From: a virus
Lineage: Duplodnaviria; Caudoviricetes
IMG/VR virus record: IMGVR_UViG_3300028777_000010
Coordinates: 1 to 28,432 of that record
Length of the DNA: 28,432 bases
Reading direction: 5' to 3' (one strand)
Position 1 is the stretch's first letter; each line of letters begins with the position of its first letter. Below the pieces are notes generated by a model, which saw only the letters and a list, made by a program, of their open reading frames with translations, was not told where the DNA came from and ran no database searches. This document shows, in pieces, positions 17,980 to 26,916 of this stretch. Position numbers and translations under genes: made by a program.

Positions 17980-19422
17980 ATGGCAAAAAAAATATCAGGT
18001 TTGGACCCAGCCGGCACATTGACCGGTCAGGAATTTTTTGAAGCAGTTCAAAAGGGTAATAGCGTAAAGGTCACAGCTGATCAGATTGCGACCCATGCCC
18101 TTGGACGTTTTAACCCAAAGATTTGGGGCATAAGAAAACAGAGTGGGTCGGCTTCCATATTTTGGGAGCGAATCAATCCGGAGATGCATGCAGAACGGCG
18201 GGTGCATAAGCAATGTGGCCGCTATTTGGAGGATTCAAATGCAAACATAATTGATCTACATCCAACTGATAGTCGAAAGTCTTTTTCCGGAGCCAGTGTC
18301 GATTTAACAGGATCACAGGGAAATGTATGGTGGCGTAAGCCGGCTTACTATTTTAAAGCAGAAATCGTCCAGGCAACGGACGGGCTTTGGTATGAATATC
18401 AATGGATGTCCGACAACTATTTTGATGGTGCAACGTACATGAAAGAGCGTTCATGCTCGCCATGGCACATGGTGGTCAATCGTGCAACAAGTGTTGCGGC
18501 CTCTTTGTCATTTTTGACTTGGAATAATGATGGTTCAATTGTAAGAAATGGAAACGGATTTCCTGTTTACACTGCAAATGCAACTACATACCGTGGAGGC
18601 AGCAATAATGCAGCTCTTGATGGTACTGCTTCGAGCATGCTTGGCATGGGTATATCCGTGATTGATATCAATACGGCACGTTATTTTTCCCGAAATGCTG
18701 GTGCTCACTGTGGTTGGTTTTCAATACTTGATGAGATACGAACACTATACCGATTTGAATACGCCTGTGATGATATCCAACAGGGATATAATCCTACTCT
18801 TGATGCGTATGGAAATAAGCAAGGCGGTCTTGGAACCGGAAAATCAGTCGGAGGTGAATGGGGTACATTTAACGGATACCATCCATTCATTCCGATGGGT
18901 GTTACCTGCCCACTTGGTAATCAATCAGGACTTGTTTCCTATACGATTAAGGATTGGGGAGGCGCTGGCATTGACAAAATAATTCAGGTTGATTCATTCC
19001 TTGGCCTCGAAATATTATGCGAACATATTTGGACTGGGGCTGAAGATTTACTGATTTATCATGACGTCGCACAGAATAAAGTAAAAGCATATTATTGTGA
19101 TGATCCTACAAAATTTGCCAATCCACTCTCCGATTCTTCAGTGGTTGTACCTATTGGATACAAGCATGTTTGCGATATGGCTCCAACATCTGGTTGGATG
19201 GCTGCAATCTCATTACCACCGCTATGTTTACCAACTGCTGTCGGCGGATCACCTGGCCTATATGTTCCAGACTATTATTGGGCACCTCCAGATTCTGGCT
19301 GGTACACCTCCGGCCTGGGCGCCAGTGCGTATGATGGGTCGCATGCGGGTCTCGCCTCGCTGGCTGCGTATCGTCGCGTCTCGGTCGCGATTGCGTATTG
19401 GGGCTTCCGTCTGTGCCGTTAA
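17980..19422 (+). CDS. DGR target protein, probable receptor-binding/tail fibre protein with C-terminal CLec-type variable domain (480 aa)
   Basis: The C-terminal 37 codons are the VR and end in WGFRLCR; tail-fibre-like N-terminus; located in the tail module. Confidence 0.88.
   Translation: MAKKISGLDPAGTLTGQEFFEAVQKGNSVKVTADQIATHALGRFNPKIWGIRKQSGSASIFWERINPEMHAERRVHKQCGRYLEDSNANIIDLHPTDSRKSFSGASVDLTGSQGNVWWRKPAYYFKAEIVQATDGLWYEYQWMSDNYFDGATYMKERSCSPWHMVVNRATSVAASLSFLTWNNDGSIVRNGNGFPVYTANATTYRGGSNNAALDGTASSMLGMGISVIDINTARYFSRNAGAHCGWFSILDEIRTLYRFEYACDDIQQGYNPTLDAYGNKQGGLGTGKSVGGEWGTFNGYHPFIPMGVTCPLGNQSGLVSYTIKDWGGAGIDKIIQVDSFLGLEILCEHIWTGAEDLLIYHDVAQNKVKAYYCDDPTKFANPLSDSSVVVPIGYKHVCDMAPTSGWMAAISLPPLCLPTAVGGSPGLYVPDYYWAPPDSGWYTSGLGASAYDGSHAGLASLAAYRRVSVAIAYWGFRLCR
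19308..19419 (+). repeat. DGR variable region (VR)
   Basis: 112-bp ungapped match to 19469-19580 with 16 mismatches, all at TR adenines. Confidence 0.97.
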
Positions 19423-19468
19423 AACGCAAAGCGTGAAGCGTGAAAAGTAAAATAGGATACAGCCCATG

Positions 19469-19580
19469 CTCCGGCCTGGGCGCCAATGCGAATAATGGGT
19501 CGAATGCGGGTCTCGCCTCGCTGAATGCGAATAATCGCGTCTCGATCACGAATGCGAATTGGGGCTTCCGTCAATACCGT
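19469..19580 (+). repeat. DGR template region (TR)
   Basis: Contains 9 AAT codons plus ATC, ACG, CAA and TAC (23 adenines); all non-A positions are identical to the VR. Confidence 0.97.
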
Positions 19581-19685
19581 ATAAAAAAATTGATTGGGCT
19601 GTACTCCCTGCCTCTTGGCAAAAAATAAATACGAACAAGCAGTATTAGTAAGCTATTGAACATTCTGCTAAAAATTACGGCACAG

Positions 19686-20684
19686 ATGCCAAAACGGTTA
19701 TATAATTTACATTACAGGCTTTGTGATCTACAGAACATAACACTGGGGTATCACTTGGCTCAGAAGGGCAAATCAAACCGCACCGATATCAAGGCTTTTA
19801 CTTCAAATTTGAATAGAAACCTGATTGATATATGGAGTGATCTGGATTCTTTGAGGTATGTCCATGGTCGGTATAGAACAATGATTGTTCAGCAGACAAA
19901 GAGACGCGTAATCAACATCGCTCCATTCAGGGATCGGGTCGTGCATCATTGTTTCATCAATGTTATTAAGCCAACCTGGGAAAGCGTATATATTGATAAT
20001 ACCTATGCCTGCCGAAAGGGTTATGGTATCCATAAATGTTTAACTGATGTTGTCTCATGCCTCAAGGATGTAGAGGCCACTGGATATGTACTTCAAATTG
20101 ATATTAAGCAGTACTATGACAACATTGATCATGACGTCCTTAAAGCGATTGAACGAAAGAGGATTGCAGATGAGGACTTCATGCTGATCAGTGACAGGAT
20201 TACAAACAGTTTCGCTCCTGGAATACCCAAGGGCAACTATACAAGCCAGTATAAGGCCAATCTCTACCTGTCCTACTTTGATCATTATGTCAAGGAACAA
20301 CTGAAGGTAAAATACTATTTCCGATATATGGACGACATGGTTTTCTTTGCTTCAACAAAATCTGAACTGCGACATGTGTATGAACAGATAGAAAAATATC
20401 TGCGTGAAAATTTGAAGCTGACAATCAAGTCAAACTGGCAGATTTACCCTATTGACTCCCGTCCGCTTGATTTTGTTGGATATAAGGCTGATCACAATGG
20501 AGTGCTGCTTCGCAAAAACATACTTAAAAACTATTACCGGAAGCTTGATCACCTAAAGACCAAATATGACATTATTGACCAGGATAATATAAAACACAAC
20601 CTCTCTTCTTATTGGGGTTGGCTCGGGTATTGTTCGGAGTATCATTTTGAAAACGTAATTAAACAATCTTTAAACGCTAAATAA
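19686..20684 (+). CDS. DGR reverse transcriptase (332 aa from ATG 19686)
   Basis: PFRDRVVHH, YACRKG.G.H, DIKQYYDNIDH, G.P.GNYTSQ (DGR-type SQ), YFRYMDD and LDFVGY motifs; no intron maturase or endonuclease domain. Confidence 0.95.
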   Translation: MPKRLYNLHYRLCDLQNITLGYHLAQKGKSNRTDIKAFTSNLNRNLIDIWSDLDSLRYVHGRYRTMIVQQTKRRVINIAPFRDRVVHHCFINVIKPTWESVYIDNTYACRKGYGIHKCLTDVVSCLKDVEATGYVLQIDIKQYYDNIDHDVLKAIERKRIADEDFMLISDRITNSFAPGIPKGNYTSQYKANLYLSYFDHYVKEQLKVKYYFRYMDDMVFFASTKSELRHVYEQIEKYLRENLKLTIKSNWQIYPIDSRPLDFVGYKADHNGVLLRKNILKNYYRKLDHLKTKYDIIDQDNIKHNLSSYWGWLGYCSEYHFENVIKQSLNAK

Positions 20685-20686
20685 CT

Positions 20687-21073
20687 ATGAAAAAAGTGGT
20701 GTTGATGGTAGATGTCTTTACAACAGAACTACCGAAAAGTATTCAAAGGCTTGACTTGAAATCATTTTATTACCGGTATGATATTAAAAGCACAAACCGG
20801 CTGATAGAAGGTAAGGACCTATCAGGCTTCATGCATAACGATCTCTATGTTGAAGGTGATCTTACTCAAAGTGAGATCATGCGCTCTTGGCTGAGTGCTG
20901 TTTATCCAATAGATCAAGAGTTAAAGCTGCTTAACGACTTCAACGCTTTTACATCCGGAATAACAGGCGATGCTGCCAAGAAGGTAGAGTATGAAACATA
21001 CCTGGCAAAGCGCAAGGATTTTCGTGAGCAGTTGGCCCTTGATTTTGAAACTTATATGGCCGATCAACTATGA
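20687..21073 (+). CDS. hypothetical protein coupled to the DGR RT (128 aa)
   Basis: Starts 2 nt after the RT stop; ATGA overlap with the next ORF. Confidence 0.75.
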   Translation: MKKVVLMVDVFTTELPKSIQRLDLKSFYYRYDIKSTNRLIEGKDLSGFMHNDLYVEGDLTQSEIMRSWLSAVYPIDQELKLLNDFNAFTSGITGDAAKKVEYETYLAKRKDFREQLALDFETYMADQL

Positions 21074-21390
21074 ATGATATACCAGATTTTGCAGACCTGT
21101 TCAGCGGCATAGATGTCAATCGTGATGCCGAGCAATATAGTGAGAGAAAGATCAGTGTTACGAATCTTCTTAATCTGCCCATTACTGTTCTTGGCTTTAA
21201 GCCGAACATCAGCACTGAGAACGGCCCCAAGCATTTGGTCCGCATAGAGGTTGAAGATGAGATCAGGGTATTCTTTACCGGATCAAAGAAGATTAAAGAT
21301 GTGCTGGAGCATGAAAGGGTAAAATTCCCTTTTCGTGCAATTATTAAAAGCTATCAAATAGGAGATAAACGTGGTTATAAATTCACATGA
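21070..21390 (+). CDS. hypothetical beta-rich protein coupled to the DGR RT (106 aa)
   Basis: Overlapping start; KISV..LLN.PI.V...RVFFTGS...L...FPF..II...Y.FT pattern. Confidence 0.75.
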   Translation: MNDIPDFADLFSGIDVNRDAEQYSERKISVTNLLNLPITVLGFKPNISTENGPKHLVRIEVEDEIRVFFTGSKKIKDVLEHERVKFPFRAIIKSYQIGDKRGYKFT

Positions 21391-21391
21391 T

Positions 21392-24300
21392 ATGCAGATA
21401 TACGACAAAGATAACGACCCGATCCTTGATATGGCGGTTGACGACAACAGTTATCGCTACAAGGAACTGATGGGTGATAACACGCTTTCGCTGATGTTCT
21501 CCATGGCTGAATTTATTGAGCTTCCTGTCGGCTGCAGGTGCGAGTTCAAGGGCGAAAGCTATTTTCTTTTCTTGCCGGAGAATTTCAAAAAGAACCATAC
21601 CCGTAGTTGGGACTACACGCTGGTGATGTACAGTCATCAAAAGATGTTGTCGACCACCAAGTTCAAGTTCTTCACCATGAACGGGTGTGTTGTCGAAGGT
21701 CGCTTCAAGCTGAAGTTCTCACTCACGGCCACACCTGCTGAGTTTGCCCAGCTGCTTGTCGACAATATGAACATCAATGATCCGGACGGTGGATGGACAC
21801 TTGGTGTTTGTATCGAGGCCTCACCCGTCACTCTTGACTTTAATCATGAGTATTGCGATGCGGCGCTGTCTAAGATGGCCGCTGCTTTTAATACTGAATA
21901 TGATGTTACCGTCAAGACCATATCCATCGGACCGGTTGAAAAGATGAAGGATTCGCCCATTGATCTGGAGTATGGTTATGACAAGGGAATCCTGGGCGGC
22001 ATCCAGCGCACCCAGTATGACGACTCGAAGATCATCACCAGGGTGTATGTCCAGGGCGGTAGTGACAACATCGACGCAAGCCTTTATGGCAATGACACGC
22101 TTTTGTTGCCCAAATCAACGCAGTTCGCCAAAGACGGTGTCGTGTATGCGTCCGACCCTTCCGGCTCGTACGTGGAGCGCGCTAACCGCTCAGGAAGCAT
22201 CCTTGACGACTCGCTTGATGTATCCGATGTTAAGCCACGCTGGACCGGCACTGTCTCCTCCGTCGTAGCGGTCGATGACTCGAAAAGCCTATACGATATC
22301 CTGGATAATTCAATACCCGAAGAGCTTGATTTCGCCGCCTCGGTCATTGAAGGCGAGACAATGTCCATTATCTTCCAATCGGGCGATTTGGCAGGTAAGG
22401 AGTTTGACGTGGCTTATGATCACAATGAGCGGAGGTTCGCCATCGTTCCTGTCACCGAGAACGGTTACAACTTCCCCCAGGGCGCGCTGATACCTGCCGT
22501 AGGTGACTTCTACGCCGTCTTTCACATTTCGCTACCTATCCAATATTACCAGTCGGCGGAGGCGGAGGTCATGGTCAAGACGGTTGACGCTCTTTCCAAA
22601 GGTGAAAAGCCCCAGTACACCTACAAATGGACGCTCGACGAGCTGTATGCCAAACGCAACTGGCTGGCCATCGGCGGCAAGTTGGACGTGGGTTATTTCG
22701 TGCTGTACCGCGACCCGCAGTTCCTTACGGTCCCTGTGTCCATCCGCATAATATCAGTGAAGGATTATGTTAACAAGCCCAAGTCGCCTGTCATCGAGAT
22801 ATCAAACAACGTATCTTCCAGATCGTTCTCAAGCGTTCTTAACACCATTTCGACACAGGAGCAGGTCAATGAGCGTACGAACAAGGAAGTTGTCAGCTTT
22901 ACACGCCGTCGCTTTCGGGATGCCCAGGAAACGATGGGTATGCTTTCTGATGCCTTGACGAACTTTACAGGCTCCATAAGCCCGATTAGCGTGCATGCCA
23001 TGCAGATCATACTTGGCGACGAGAGCCTCCAGTTCTACTATGTCAATAGCAAGGTGGCTCCTGAGAGGGTGGAGGATGGAATTGTTTACAGCGATTCGAC
23101 GAAACGTTTGTCCATACCGTCAGGTATCATCCAGCACATGACGCTCGGCATCAACAGTCTCTCCTCATCCCACGCGCCTTCAGAGTATCGCTTCTGGGAT
23201 TTGGCCGGTTATGTGTCTCCCTTGCTTGACGAGGCTAATAAGAAATACTACCTGTATGCAAAAGTCAGCAAGACTCTGAATACTGGCATCTACCTGTTGA
23301 GCGAGACCGCCATACCCATGGAGTCCGTCGATGGGTTCTTCCACCTGTTCGTTGGAACGCTGGGCAGCGAGTTGGACGGTGAAAGGAGCCTGGTCATGTG
23401 GTACGGATATTCCGAGCTTGGTCCTGGGAGGTTTACGACCGACAAGATCGTATCACCCAGCGGCGGAACCTTTATCGACCTTGTCAATGACGTGATCAAA
23501 GGCAATTTCAAGTTTGTCTCCGGAGATGATGTTGAAGATGTAATTAATGGGGTTTCAGGTATAGCCAATACTGGCATTGCCAATGCCGCCACTGCCCAAG
23601 CCGCTGCAAATGCGGCTGCCTCTGCCGCCAGTGCAGCCCAAACAACAGCCAACACGGGTGTTGCCAATGCCGCCACCGCCAACGCCTTGCTTGCCGATCT
23701 CGCCAGCGACAACAAGCTCACGGCCATCGAAAAACAGCAAACCAAAACAGAGTGGGATGCTATCGTATCGGAAAAGCTAAAGAACGACACCCAGGCCGAT
23801 GCCTTCGGTGTGGCCAAGACAGCCTACGGCACCGCCTATACGGCACTCAACACCTATATCACCCCGCTCCTGGCTGATCTGACCACGACCTCCGACATTA
23901 CAGGAAGCACCTTCCGCTCGACCTTTAAGGCCTACTACGACGCCCGAACCGACTTGCTGAATGCCATTTCAACAAAGGCCAAGACATTGGCCGACGCCGC
24001 ACAGTCATCGGCCAATACTGGCATTGCCAATGCCGCCACTGCCCAAGCCGCTGCAAATGCGGCTGCCTCTGCCGCCAGTGCAGCCCAAACAACAGCCAAC
24101 ACGGGTGTTGCCAATGCCGCCACCGCCAACGCCTTGCTTGCCGATCTCGCCAGCGACAACAAGCTCACGGCCATCGAAAAACAGCAAACCAAAACAGAGT
24201 GGGATGCTATCGTATCGGAAAAGCTAAAGAACGACACCCAGGCCGATGCCTTCGGTGTGGCCAAGACAGCCTACGGCACCGCCTATACGGCACTCAACAC

Positions 24301-26164
24301 CTATATCACCCCGCTCCTGGCTGATCTGACCACGACCTCCGACATTACAGGAAGCACCTTCCGCTCGACCTTTAAGGCCTACTACGACGCCCGAACCGAC
24401 TTGCTGAACGCTATCTCGACAAAGGCCAAGACATTGGCCGACGCCGCACAAAGTAGTGTTAACAATATTCAAATTGGGGGGGTTAATCTTTTATCGGCCA
24501 TACCTACCAACTATGAAACCGGATCGGTTCTTACGGCCTCCGTCGTAGGGACTACATGGGCGAATGTCAAATACGCATCCGTAACCAGGCTCAACATCAT
24601 AAGCTTGCTGACCATCAACTCACAGGGAGTGCTATCCTTCAATGACTCCCTGTATAATATTTATCTTACCTATTTTGACGCTTCAGGTCTTTATACGGGA
24701 CTATCCAATGGATGGATTACGACTTCACCCTTTGTCTTTCCGACAAAATCTAAACTCGGGATCACCGTCGCGTTCAAAACCAACGCGAATATTTTACCTA
24801 CCGATATCGCGGCAGCAAAAATAAAGATCGAGCGGGGAAACAAGGCAACAGACTTTACAACTTCACCGGAAGATGTTGCAGCAACACAAGCAGCGGCACA
24901 AGCGGCCATTCAAGCCCAAATTTTGGAAACAGAGTATCTGAAGGAGGCCATTGGAGGTGATTCAACAGTTGCGGGTGGATTGGCACTGCATAACATTATG
25001 CTTGTGAAGGATGCACTTGAGAATATTACTGGTGGTATGTCAGGTTTGTCGGAAGATATTGTCGGAATGTGGATGAAGGGTAGTTATGCTCAAGCCATTG
25101 CTGATGCCGCCAAGGCTTTTAAGGCTGTCATGGATACTGGCGTTTTGGATAAGAAGGATGGTTCTGGTCATCGCGCTTTTGGAAATTTTGCCTGGAATGC
25201 TCTCGGTGATGTGTTCATGAGGGGCCTAGTTGAGGTTTTGTCGGGTGGCAAGATTGGAGACTTCACCGTCGAATCCGGTCAGATCATAGGTCGAAACAGC
25301 AGCGGCGCGGAAAAAATACGTATGTCAACAGGCGTGCTTCCATCCATTAGTGATCTTCAATCCGGTACCCTATACACCGGTTCGTTCCCGATGGCTGACA
25401 AGGATGTTGATATCAGCGGGGAGTCAAGTGCTATTTACTCAGGCTCCGACTTTTTGGAGATCACCGGTGCTGGATTTAATATTCCGTATGCGACCACGGC
25501 ACAGGTAACCACAGGACAGTACGATGCCTACAACTTCACGGACCCTGATGCAATAATAACTTATGAGGTGATCGCTACGGCTTACGTGTACAAGGATGGA
25601 ATTCTATATTGGTCAGGACCATGTGATACCAACTTCTCAATTGCAGCAGGATATTTCACGGTCAAGATCAGGTTAACCCTCAATTATGAGCTACAGGGGC
25701 CATCGACATGCATCGCGAGCTATGGAATGGATGATCAGAGTAGAGGTATCCAGTACACTGAATCAGTGGCCAGATCATGTTTTGGAGCGAACGGTTTCTT
25801 CAGCTATTGGTCCAGCGCGTTGTATATGTACTTCAGCTCGACGGCGGGGTTTACGTATCGAGGGGCGTTGAACTTCCCTGGAATGTTGGCGGCAGGAAGC
25901 TTTAATAATGCAGGTACGCAAGATTCCACAAAACGATGGGGTAATAAGTCATCAAGTTCGAATGCAACATATACAGCTGTAGGGCAGTATCGTGTATATC
26001 ATGGAATAGGACATGCCAATTTTACCGTGAACATCACTTGCTTGGCAGCGGGTGCAGTTGGTACGGTAGTTGCAAGAGCGACAAACTATGTTGATATCGT
26101 CATTCAGCGGAATGGTGCGAACTATCAGAGTGCGTTTGATATCATGCTGGTGGGTGCCAATTAA
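21392..26164 (+). CDS. large tail hub/spike (host specificity) protein, ~1590 aa
   Basis: N-terminal tail-hub-like region (ITRVYVQGG..N), central duplicated helical module and beta-rich C-terminus; last gene of the tail operon. Confidence 0.8.
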   Translation: MQIYDKDNDPILDMAVDDNSYRYKELMGDNTLSLMFSMAEFIELPVGCRCEFKGESYFLFLPENFKKNHTRSWDYTLVMYSHQKMLSTTKFKFFTMNGCVVEGRFKLKFSLTATPAEFAQLLVDNMNINDPDGGWTLGVCIEASPVTLDFNHEYCDAALSKMAAAFNTEYDVTVKTISIGPVEKMKDSPIDLEYGYDKGILGGIQRTQYDDSKIITRVYVQGGSDNIDASLYGNDTLLLPKSTQFAKDGVVYASDPSGSYVERANRSGSILDDSLDVSDVKPRWTGTVSSVVAVDDSKSLYDILDNSIPEELDFAASVIEGETMSIIFQSGDLAGKEFDVAYDHNERRFAIVPVTENGYNFPQGALIPAVGDFYAVFHISLPIQYYQSAEAEVMVKTVDALSKGEKPQYTYKWTLDELYAKRNWLAIGGKLDVGYFVLYRDPQFLTVPVSIRIISVKDYVNKPKSPVIEISNNVSSRSFSSVLNTISTQEQVNERTNKEVVSFTRRRFRDAQETMGMLSDALTNFTGSISPISVHAMQIILGDESLQFYYVNSKVAPERVEDGIVYSDSTKRLSIPSGIIQHMTLGINSLSSSHAPSEYRFWDLAGYVSPLLDEANKKYYLYAKVSKTLNTGIYLLSETAIPMESVDGFFHLFVGTLGSELDGERSLVMWYGYSELGPGRFTTDKIVSPSGGTFIDLVNDVIKGNFKFVSGDDVEDVINGVSGIANTGIANAATAQAAANAAASAASAAQTTANTGVANAATANALLADLASDNKLTAIEKQQTKTEWDAIVSEKLKNDTQADAFGVAKTAYGTAYTALNTYITPLLADLTTTSDITGSTFRSTFKAYYDARTDLLNAISTKAKTLADAAQSSANTGIANAATAQAAANAAASAASAAQTTANTGVANAATANALLADLASDNKLTAIEKQQTKTEWDAIVSEKLKNDTQADAFGVAKTAYGTAYTALNTYITPLLADLTTTSDITGSTFRSTFKAYYDARTDLLNAISTKAKTLADAAQSSVNNIQIGGVNLLSAIPTNYETGSVLTASVVGTTWANVKYASVTRLNIISLLTINSQGVLSFNDSLYNIYLTYFDASGLYTGLSNGWITTSPFVFPTKSKLGITVAFKTNANILPTDIAAAKIKIERGNKATDFTTSPEDVAATQAAAQAAIQAQILETEYLKEAIGGDSTVAGGLALHNIMLVKDALENITGGMSGLSEDIVGMWMKGSYAQAIADAAKAFKAVMDTGVLDKKDGSGHRAFGNFAWNALGDVFMRGLVEVLSGGKIGDFTVESGQIIGRNSSGAEKIRMSTGVLPSISDLQSGTLYTGSFPMADKDVDISGESSAIYSGSDFLEITGAGFNIPYATTAQVTTGQYDAYNFTDPDAIITYEVIATAYVYKDGILYWSGPCDTNFSIAAGYFTVKIRLTLNYELQGPSTCIASYGMDDQSRGIQYTESVARSCFGANGFFSYWSSALYMYFSSTAGFTYRGALNFPGMLAAGSFNNAGTQDSTKRWGNKSSSSNATYTAVGQYRVYHGIGHANFTVNITCLAAGAVGTVVARATNYVDIVIQRNGANYQSAFDIMLVGAN
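23564..24450 (+). repeat. in-frame tandem duplication, period 447 bp (149 aa): 23564-24003 and 24011-24450
   Basis: The copies are identical by eye except for 4 synonymous changes at 23962/65/68/71 versus 24409/12/15/18. Confidence 0.95.
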
Positions 26165-26169
26165 AAAGT

Positions 26170-26194
26170 AAGAGCCGGAAAATTTCCGGCTCTT
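26170..26194. terminator. hairpin terminator between convergent genes
   Basis: AAGAGCCGGAAA-A-TTTCCGGCTCTT perfect inverted repeat just after the tail gene stop. Confidence 0.8.
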
Positions 26195-26236
26195 GACTCT
26201 TGGTGTGTTTATGAAAAACTAAAACTTGGAGGTCTG

Positions 26237-26890
26237 CTATTGGTTTCCATTTGTCTTTAAAGCCCTCCACTCGGGTCCGGTAATGGGGATGAAGACATAA
26301 GCGGAATCAAATATCTGATAACATGAAGCGTAGTCCAACTTTTCGAATGCCGCTTTTATTTTTGTCTCGGCAGAACGAAGAACTGAGTTTGGGATGTAGG
26401 CTATAGTGTCAAACAGTACTTTGTCATAATCATACTCATACGGATAGTTGGCTATTGGATCGTAAAGAACTGTATCTTTTGTCGAGTATTTGACATAGAA
26501 TAATCTTTGCAATACACAATCGTAAGCCTCAATAAAACCAAGTCCCAGATTACCATCCATGTCAATGACATCGGTGCCCCACATCTTGAGCATGGGCGAA
26601 AGGGTATCACGTTGGGGCAAAGAAAACCCACGACCCCACTCGGTACCATTGTACATGAACTCAAGGTTGGTTGTTTGAAGGACGATTTCCAGCGCGCTCA
26701 AATGTTGTGTGGACGGATAACGTGGCGCCTTAAGCATGGAGCTGGCAGCTTGACCGGGCACTCTGTCAGAGGGTCTGATGTTGATCATCGCATAAGGGTC
26801 CAATTGACCGTTTCCGGTCGTTTCCTCCTTGCAGGAGAACTGGGAAAGAACAAGAACAAGCAGAAAGATAATACCGATTGACTTTTTCAT
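26237..26890 (-). CDS. cargo lipoprotein of unknown function (217 aa)
   Basis: Signal peptide MKKSIGIIFLLVLVLSQFSC ending in a lipidated Cys, followed by KEE; oriented opposite to the late genes. Confidence 0.8.
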   Translation of the reverse strand: MKKSIGIIFLLVLVLSQFSCKEETTGNGQLDPYAMINIRPSDRVPGQAASSMLKAPRYPSTQHLSALEIVLQTTNLEFMYNGTEWGRGFSLPQRDTLSPMLKMWGTDVIDMDGNLGLGFIEAYDCVLQRLFYVKYSTKDTVLYDPIANYPYEYDYDKVLFDTIAYIPNSVLRSAETKIKAAFEKLDYASCYQIFDSAYVFIPITGPEWRALKTNGNQ

Positions 26891-26908
26891 AGTTGAATGA
26901 TTTTAAAA

Positions 26909-26916
26909 CAAATATA
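26909..26916 (-). promoter_or_regulatory. Bacteroidetes -7 box (TATATTTG) for the lipoprotein gene
   Basis: Exact TAnnTTTG match 18 nt upstream of the ATG. Confidence 0.65.

Noticed and set aside
19440-19628. 62-aa ORF spanning the TR
   Set aside because: It is the TR read in the VR frame (Asn-rich copy of the target C-terminus) with a GTG start; better explained as non-coding template RNA.
19686-20684. RT as group II intron, retron or Abi RT
   Set aside because: It is short, has the SQ motif, lacks maturase/endonuclease domains and sits beside an adenine-specific TR/VR pair.
20687-21073. 128-aa ORF as Avd
   Set aside because: The size fits, but it lies after the RT, is not strongly basic and has a beta-like N-terminal half; I see no Avd resemblance.
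23564-24450. 447-bp repeat as a second TR/VR pair or CRISPR array
   Set aside because: The differences are synonymous and not adenine-specific, both copies are in-frame coding, and there are no spacers.
8335-24909. minus-strand and alternate-frame ORFs inside capsid, tape measure and tail genes
   Set aside because: They are explained by codon bias of the overlapping real genes.
25900-26164. second DGR target at the end of the large tail protein
   Set aside because: No similarity to the TR here, and I noticed none elsewhere in the window.
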